A stretch of 24,000 bases of DNA from Xanthomarina spongicola. GTDB lineage: Bacteria; Bacteroidota; Bacteroidia; Flavobacteriales; Flavobacteriaceae. Positions 19,793 through 24,000 of the stretch are shown here, in pieces; within the stretch, counting starts at the first letter, position 1, and each line of letters begins with the position of its first letter. A program made the position numbers and the translations under genes. Below the pieces are notes generated by a model that searched no databases, was not told the DNA's origin, and saw only the letters and a program-made list of their open reading frames with translations. The stretch lies in assembly GCF_003148645.1 (NCBI RefSeq), contig NZ_QGGP01000005.1, positions 96,751-120,750 of the forward strand, given 5' to 3'.

Positions 19793-20852
19793 CACGTACC
19801 AAAATATTCTTAATAAAACCAATTTTAAACCTAATAGCAATTGGCTTCAAATAAAAACCATTGACATGCATACAGGTGGAGAGCCACTTCGTGTCATTCT
19901 TGATGGTTTTCCAGAATTAAAAGGAAATTCTGTTTTAGAATATCGTAGATATTGTCAACAAAATTTCGACCATTTACGGACTGCTTTAATGTTTGAACCT
20001 CGTGGTCATGCAGACATGTATGGTTGTATTTTAACACCTCCAAACGATAATGAAGGCGATTTTGGGATTATTTTTTTACACAACGAAGGCTACTCCACCA
20101 TGTGTGGTCATGCCATTATTGCTATCTCAACTTTGGCTGTAGAAATGAATTGGATAGACGTAAAAGAAGGTAATAATATCTTAAAGATTGATGCACCTTG
20201 TGGTAGAATCACTTCTTTTACTCATGTTGAAAATGAAAAAGTTACTGGTGTCAAATTTCATTGTGTGCCAAGTTTTGTAGTTAGTTTAGATAATAAAGTG
20301 AATGTAGATGGCATTGGAGAAGTAACTTATGACCTAGCTTATGGAGGTGCTTTTTACGCCTATGTGGATATGGCTAAAAATAATTTTGATTTTGATTTAA
20401 AACCTGAATCCTATCGCTCATTAATTTCAAAAGGCATGGATATTAAACATGCTGTCATGAAAAATGACAAAGAGATTACTCATCCATTTGAAGAAGATTT
20501 AAGCTTCCTTTATGGCACCATTTTTATAGATAATAAACAACAAGAGTCTGGAATAGATAGTCGTAATGTCTGCATTTTTGCGGAAGGCGAAGTCGACAGA
20601 TGCCCAACAGGTTCTGGTGTTTCGGGAAGAATGGCTATTCATAAAGCTAGAAATGAAATCACTTACGGAGAAGAAATGACTATAGAAAGTATTACCGACT
20701 CTGTGTTTAAAGGCTCCATTATATCTGAAGAAAATTATGGGCCTTTTAAAGCTGTTATTCCACAAGTTGAAGGAACAGCTCATATAGCAGGAATGCATAC
20801 TTTTGTTATCGATCCTAATGATCCTATGAAAAATGGATTTATATTAAGATAA
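19785..20852 (+). CDS. Proline racemase family, probable trans-3-hydroxy-L-proline dehydratase
   Basis: First active-site motif STMCGHAIIA (Cys codon 20103-20105). The second motif DRCPTGSGVSGRMA has Thr (codon 20607-20609) where racemases/epimerases have Cys. Confidence 0.85.
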   Translation: MNNTYQNILNKTNFKPNSNWLQIKTIDMHTGGEPLRVILDGFPELKGNSVLEYRRYCQQNFDHLRTALMFEPRGHADMYGCILTPPNDNEGDFGIIFLHNEGYSTMCGHAIIAISTLAVEMNWIDVKEGNNILKIDAPCGRITSFTHVENEKVTGVKFHCVPSFVVSLDNKVNVDGIGEVTYDLAYGGAFYAYVDMAKNNFDFDLKPESYRSLISKGMDIKHAVMKNDKEITHPFEEDLSFLYGTIFIDNKQQESGIDSRNVCIFAEGEVDRCPTGSGVSGRMAIHKARNEITYGEEMTIESITDSVFKGSIISEENYGPFKAVIPQVEGTAHIAGMHTFVIDPNDPMKNGFILR

Positions 20853-22142
20853 AGAATTCATTAAGGCTTCAATCTCATTGATTTCTATTGGCATAGCTTC
20901 TGTTAAGTTGATGTTCCCGTCTTTGGTTATTAGATAATCGTTTTCCAAACGGCAACCAATTCCTTCTTCAGGAATATAGATTCCTGGTTCGCAAGTTAAA
21001 ACCATTCCAGGTTCGAGAGCTCGAGAATATAAACCAACATCATGCACATCCAACCCAATATGATGCGCTGTGCCATGCATAAAATATTTTTTATACATAG
21101 GTTTCTCTGGATTTTGATTGGCAACATCTTCGGCCTTAAGTAAACCTAATTTTATGAGTTCGGTTTCAACCAATTTAGCCATTTGTGTTTCATAATCTGA
21201 AGATAAAACACCAGGTTTCAACAATTTGCTTCCTTCTTTCAAACAATGTAAAACAGCACTGTAAACCTCTTTTTGTCTTTCAGTAAACCTACCGTTTACT
21301 GGAAAACATCTGGTTGTATCACTATTGTAATTGGCATAACAAACGCCAAAATCCAATAAAATCATATCTCCAGATTTACAAACAGCATCATTGGTGTTAT
21401 AATGAAGTGCGCAGGCATTCTTCCCAGAAGCCACAATAGGCTTAAAGGCATGACGTGTGGCACCAGATTTTATTAAATTATAAGATAATTCGGCTTCTAG
21501 CTCGTATTCCTTCATGTTTGGTTTACATGCTTTCAAGACACGCTTAAAAGATTCCACGCTAATATTAGCTGCTTGTTGTATTAAAGCAATTTCTTCTTCT
21601 GATTTAATAAGCCTTAAATCTCGAGTGATTTTTGCTGCTCGATGATACTCATGCAAAGGATATTTTTCCTTGCACCAAAGAATCATTCGGTCTTGTTGCG
21701 TTTGTTGATTATGGGTCACACGTTTAATGTGTTCATTATGTCCCAAATAAATTCCATCGGCTTCAAAAGCCATTAATTGCAAGACTTTTTCAAAATCTTG
21801 AATCCATTCTACACGTTTTATACCTGAAATTTTGGTCGCTTGTTCTTTGGTTAATTTGTCACCATCCCAAATTTTAATTTGTTCATTGGTTTCTTTAACA
21901 AACAAGATTTCACGATTCTCCTTTTTAATAGCATCAGGATAAAGTACCAAAAGAGTTTCCTCTTGATCAATCCCACACAGATAAAACAAATCGTTGTTTT
22001 GGGTGAAGCCCATGATATCGTCTGCATTGTTATGCTTCACATCATTTGAAGTTAGAATAGCTAACGTATTAGCCTTCATTCTAGCAGTAAAATTGTTTCG
22101 GTTTTTTATGAATAGGCTATTTGGAATCTGGTTGTAACGCAT
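20844..22142 (-). CDS. pepP: Xaa-Pro aminopeptidase (M24B)
   Basis: Metal-ligand motifs LLDFGVCYANYNSDTTR, HGTAHHIGLDVHDVG, LTCEPGIYIPEEGIGCRLENDYLIT. Confidence 0.9.
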   Translation of the reverse strand: MRYNQIPNSLFIKNRNNFTARMKANTLAILTSNDVKHNNADDIMGFTQNNDLFYLCGIDQEETLLVLYPDAIKKENREILFVKETNEQIKIWDGDKLTKEQATKISGIKRVEWIQDFEKVLQLMAFEADGIYLGHNEHIKRVTHNQQTQQDRMILWCKEKYPLHEYHRAAKITRDLRLIKSEEEIALIQQAANISVESFKRVLKACKPNMKEYELEAELSYNLIKSGATRHAFKPIVASGKNACALHYNTNDAVCKSGDMILLDFGVCYANYNSDTTRCFPVNGRFTERQKEVYSAVLHCLKEGSKLLKPGVLSSDYETQMAKLVETELIKLGLLKAEDVANQNPEKPMYKKYFMHGTAHHIGLDVHDVGLYSRALEPGMVLTCEPGIYIPEEGIGCRLENDYLITKDGNINLTEAMPIEINEIEALMNSLS

Positions 22143-22145
22143 ATT

Positions 22146-23393
22146 TTAAAAGGTTCTATCTGGATGAAACGGATTTAAATTTAATATAGTTTTTTTATCT
22201 GAAATAACTTCTGAAACTAATTTCCCAGTAGCTGGACCCATACTCCAACCCATCATGGCGTGACCAGTTGCTATGGTTAGATTGTCGCATTTTGAAGATT
22301 TCCCAATATAAGGCAAACCATCTGGAGATACAGGACGTAAACCTGAAGCCACATCGTTTTTCTCTTCTTCTGTTAAGGTGATATCTGGATAATAATTGTG
22401 TGCGGCTTTTGCAATAGCTTCTACACGAACTTTATTGATATTATCGTTAATTCCAGCAATTTCCATAGTTCCTGCAAAACGTGTAAATCCGTTCATAGGT
22501 GTAACTGCCACCTTGGCTTCTGCTAAAATGGAAGGAATTGTAATTCCTGTTGCTTGTGTGGTATTAATCCGATAGCCTTTTCCTGCTTGAAGCAATAATT
22601 TTAAACCTAATTTTTTACTTAATAAAGAACTCCACGAACCAGCTGCAAGCACAAATTCATCGGCTTTTAAAATTTGGTTTTGTGTTTTAACAGCTTCAAT
22701 TTTTCCATTTTTGACTACCAAATCCTCTACCTTTTCATTTGAAAAAAAAGTGACACCAACAGCTTTTAAATGCGCTTTCATTTCTGTCATAAACTCATGA
22801 GGTGTAGAATGTGAATCGCATTTATAATAAGTTGCGCCTTTAATATTCAAAGTTGTGTTTGGTTCTAGAATTTTTAATTCTTCGATGCTAATTTCACTTG
22901 CATCCAAACCTTCACGTTTTGCTATATGTGCAGTTTCAATTTCTTCTTCTAACATTTTTTCAGTTTGACATAACATGAGCAAGCCTTTCTTCTCATATTG
23001 GAAACTGAAATTCTCATCACGCTTTATATCATCGAATAAGTCTTGAGTTAATAAAGTAATTTCTTTAATGACAGGAATAGCTTTTTCAACGTGATTGGCA
23101 TTGCAGGATTTATTAAAAGCTAGTGTCCACTTAATAAAATCAGCATCTAAACGAGGTTTTATATATAAAGGACTTGCTGGATTTAGCATCCATTTCAAGC
23201 CTTTTTTCATAACGCCTGGAGCCGATAATGGTACCAAATGACTTGGCGATAAATAACCAGCATTGACATAAGATGCACCAGCGTCCATGTTGGATTGGTC
23301 AATTATTGTTACTTGATGGCCCTCCTTTTGAAGGTAATATGCAGAACACAAACCGATGATTCCGCCACCTATGATGATTATTTTTTTTGACAT
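22146..23393 (-). CDS. FAD-dependent D-amino-acid dehydrogenase (DadA-like), possibly D-hydroxyproline dehydrogenase
   Basis: KKIIIIGGGIIGLCSAYYL FAD-binding motif, SGLRPVSPDGLPYIG, ATGHAMMGWSMGPATGKLV. Three bp upstream of pepP in the same orientation. Confidence 0.85.
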   Translation of the reverse strand: MSKKIIIIGGGIIGLCSAYYLQKEGHQVTIIDQSNMDAGASYVNAGYLSPSHLVPLSAPGVMKKGLKWMLNPASPLYIKPRLDADFIKWTLAFNKSCNANHVEKAIPVIKEITLLTQDLFDDIKRDENFSFQYEKKGLLMLCQTEKMLEEEIETAHIAKREGLDASEISIEELKILEPNTTLNIKGATYYKCDSHSTPHEFMTEMKAHLKAVGVTFFSNEKVEDLVVKNGKIEAVKTQNQILKADEFVLAAGSWSSLLSKKLGLKLLLQAGKGYRINTTQATGITIPSILAEAKVAVTPMNGFTRFAGTMEIAGINDNINKVRVEAIAKAAHNYYPDITLTEEEKNDVASGLRPVSPDGLPYIGKSSKCDNLTIATGHAMMGWSMGPATGKLVSEVISDKKTILNLNPFHPDRTF

Positions 23394-23412
23394 TGAGTCA
23401 GTTTATTTATGT

Positions 23413-23468
23413 GTTAATGAGTTAATGAGTTAATGAGTAAATGAGTTAATGAGTTAATGAGTTAATTG
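23413..23468. repeat. Tandem 8-bp array (GTTAATGA)6 plus a degenerate partial seventh copy
   Basis: Copies at 23413, 23421, 23429, 23437 (variant GTAAATGA), 23445, 23453, then GTTAATTG at 23461. Read on the minus strand as TCATTAAC repeats directly after the four-helix gene stop. Confidence 0.95.
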
Positions 23469-23827
23469 TTTGGATATATATTCTTCCTAGCTTTTGAAAC
23501 AATCTTAAGGATTTCTAAAGCTTCGCTTATTAAAGGTTTTAAATCTTTTTCTGAAGCTAATTTTGTGTCTTTTAATATTTCTAACCAAAATAAGGTTTCG
23601 TCTGCTTCTTCAACAACTATGGAAATTTTGGCAAAAAACTCTTTTTGTGAACGAGCTATACAAGCGGCTCTATAATTTGCTGCAGTTGAAGTTACAGATT
23701 TAATAATTTGATAGCCAATTACTTTTGTAGCTTCCGTTTTTTTTATATCATCATAAAACAAAATAACATTTACGGCTAATTTCTTTGTTCTATCCTTTAA
23801 TTGCTCAACAAATTCTGATTTATCCAT
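23462..23827 (-). CDS. Four helix bundle protein (S23 / 23S rRNA intervening-sequence-protein family, Avd-like fold)
   Basis: Characteristic sequence IGYQIIKSVTSTAANYRAACIARSQKEFFAKISIVVEEADETLFWLEIL, 121 aa. Confidence 0.9.
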   Translation of the reverse strand: MDKSEFVEQLKDRTKKLAVNVILFYDDIKKTEATKVIGYQIIKSVTSTAANYRAACIARSQKEFFAKISIVVEEADETLFWLEILKDTKLASEKDLKPLISEALEILKIVSKARKNIYPNN

Positions 23828-23843
23828 GATTTTATTTATTAGT

Positions 23844-23875
23844 TCATTAAATCATTGTTTCATTATTTCATTGAA
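23844..23875. repeat. Degenerate 8-bp-period array TCATTNNN x4
   Basis: TCATTAAA, TCATTGTT, TCATTATT, TCATTGAA at 23844, 23852, 23860, 23868. It lies just upstream of the four-helix gene start, with the core in opposite orientation to the 23413 array. Confidence 0.8.
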
Positions 23876-23877
23876 AA

Positions 23878-24000
23878 TTAAATTACCTGAAAACCAAACG
23901 CATACGGATCGTCTTCAGAATCTATGGTAATGGTATTATGTCCATAAATTTTCGCCCAACCTTGTATGCTTGGAATAATAGCTAATTTACCATCTAAAGT
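23878..24000 (-). CDS. C-terminus of a proline-racemase-family protein, probable 4-hydroxyproline 2-epimerase (partial, runs off the right edge)
   Basis: Reverse complement reads ...TLDGKLAIIPSIQGWAKIYGHNTITIDSEDDPYAFGFQVI-stop, matching the C-terminal pattern (I.G.A.I.G...... D..DP...GF) of hydroxyproline epimerases. Not in the ORF track because it is truncated. Confidence 0.75.
   Translation of the reverse strand, partial: TLDGKLAIIPSIQGWAKIYGHNTITIDSEDDPYAFGFQVI

Noticed and set aside
23381-23388. A8 homopolymer in codons 2-5 of the DadA-like gene as a phase-variation switch
   Set aside because: Short A tracts encoding Lys-Lys after the start are common in this genome type, and there is no evidence of variability.
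23413-23468. 8-bp tandem repeats as a CRISPR-like array
   Set aside because: Units are contiguous 8-mers with no spacers and no cas genes nearby. It is a simple tandem repeat.
23462-23827. Four-helix-bundle gene as the Avd accessory of a diversity-generating retroelement
   Set aside because: No reverse transcriptase, template repeat or variable repeat is visible in the window. The protein family is shared by several unrelated contexts.

Overview
AT-rich window with Bacteroidota/Flavobacteriaceae-like content. Most of it is ordinary chromosome. It holds, in order: the start of a probable CtlX/arginine-deiminase-like gene at the left edge, a DUF3124-like lipoprotein, an M28 peptidase-SDR pair, and an AraC-type regulator with an unusual N-terminal domain. 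These are followed by pyruvate dehydrogenase E2/E1-alpha, cytidine deaminase, and the type IX secretion/gliding genes porV-porU diverging from gldJ. Next come murF, a GH63-like lipoprotein glycosidase and an S37-like serine peptidase. The right ~5 kb looks like a hydroxyproline/proline catabolism neighbourhood. It contains an ornithine-cyclodeaminase-family reductase overlapping a Cys/Thr-type trans-3-hydroxy-L-proline dehydratase, then convergent Xaa-Pro aminopeptidase and DadA-like dehydrogenase genes. The C-terminus of a second proline-racemase-family gene (probable 4-hydroxyproline epimerase) is cut by the window edge. The observation most worth following up is a solo four-helix-bundle (S23/IVP-family) gene sitting inside that minus-strand catabolic operon. 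It is flanked on both sides by 8-bp-period arrays with a shared TCATT/AATGA core in opposite orientations, which may be a small inserted cassette. No tRNA/rRNA, CRISPR, transposase, reverse transcriptase or recognisable defence system was seen.
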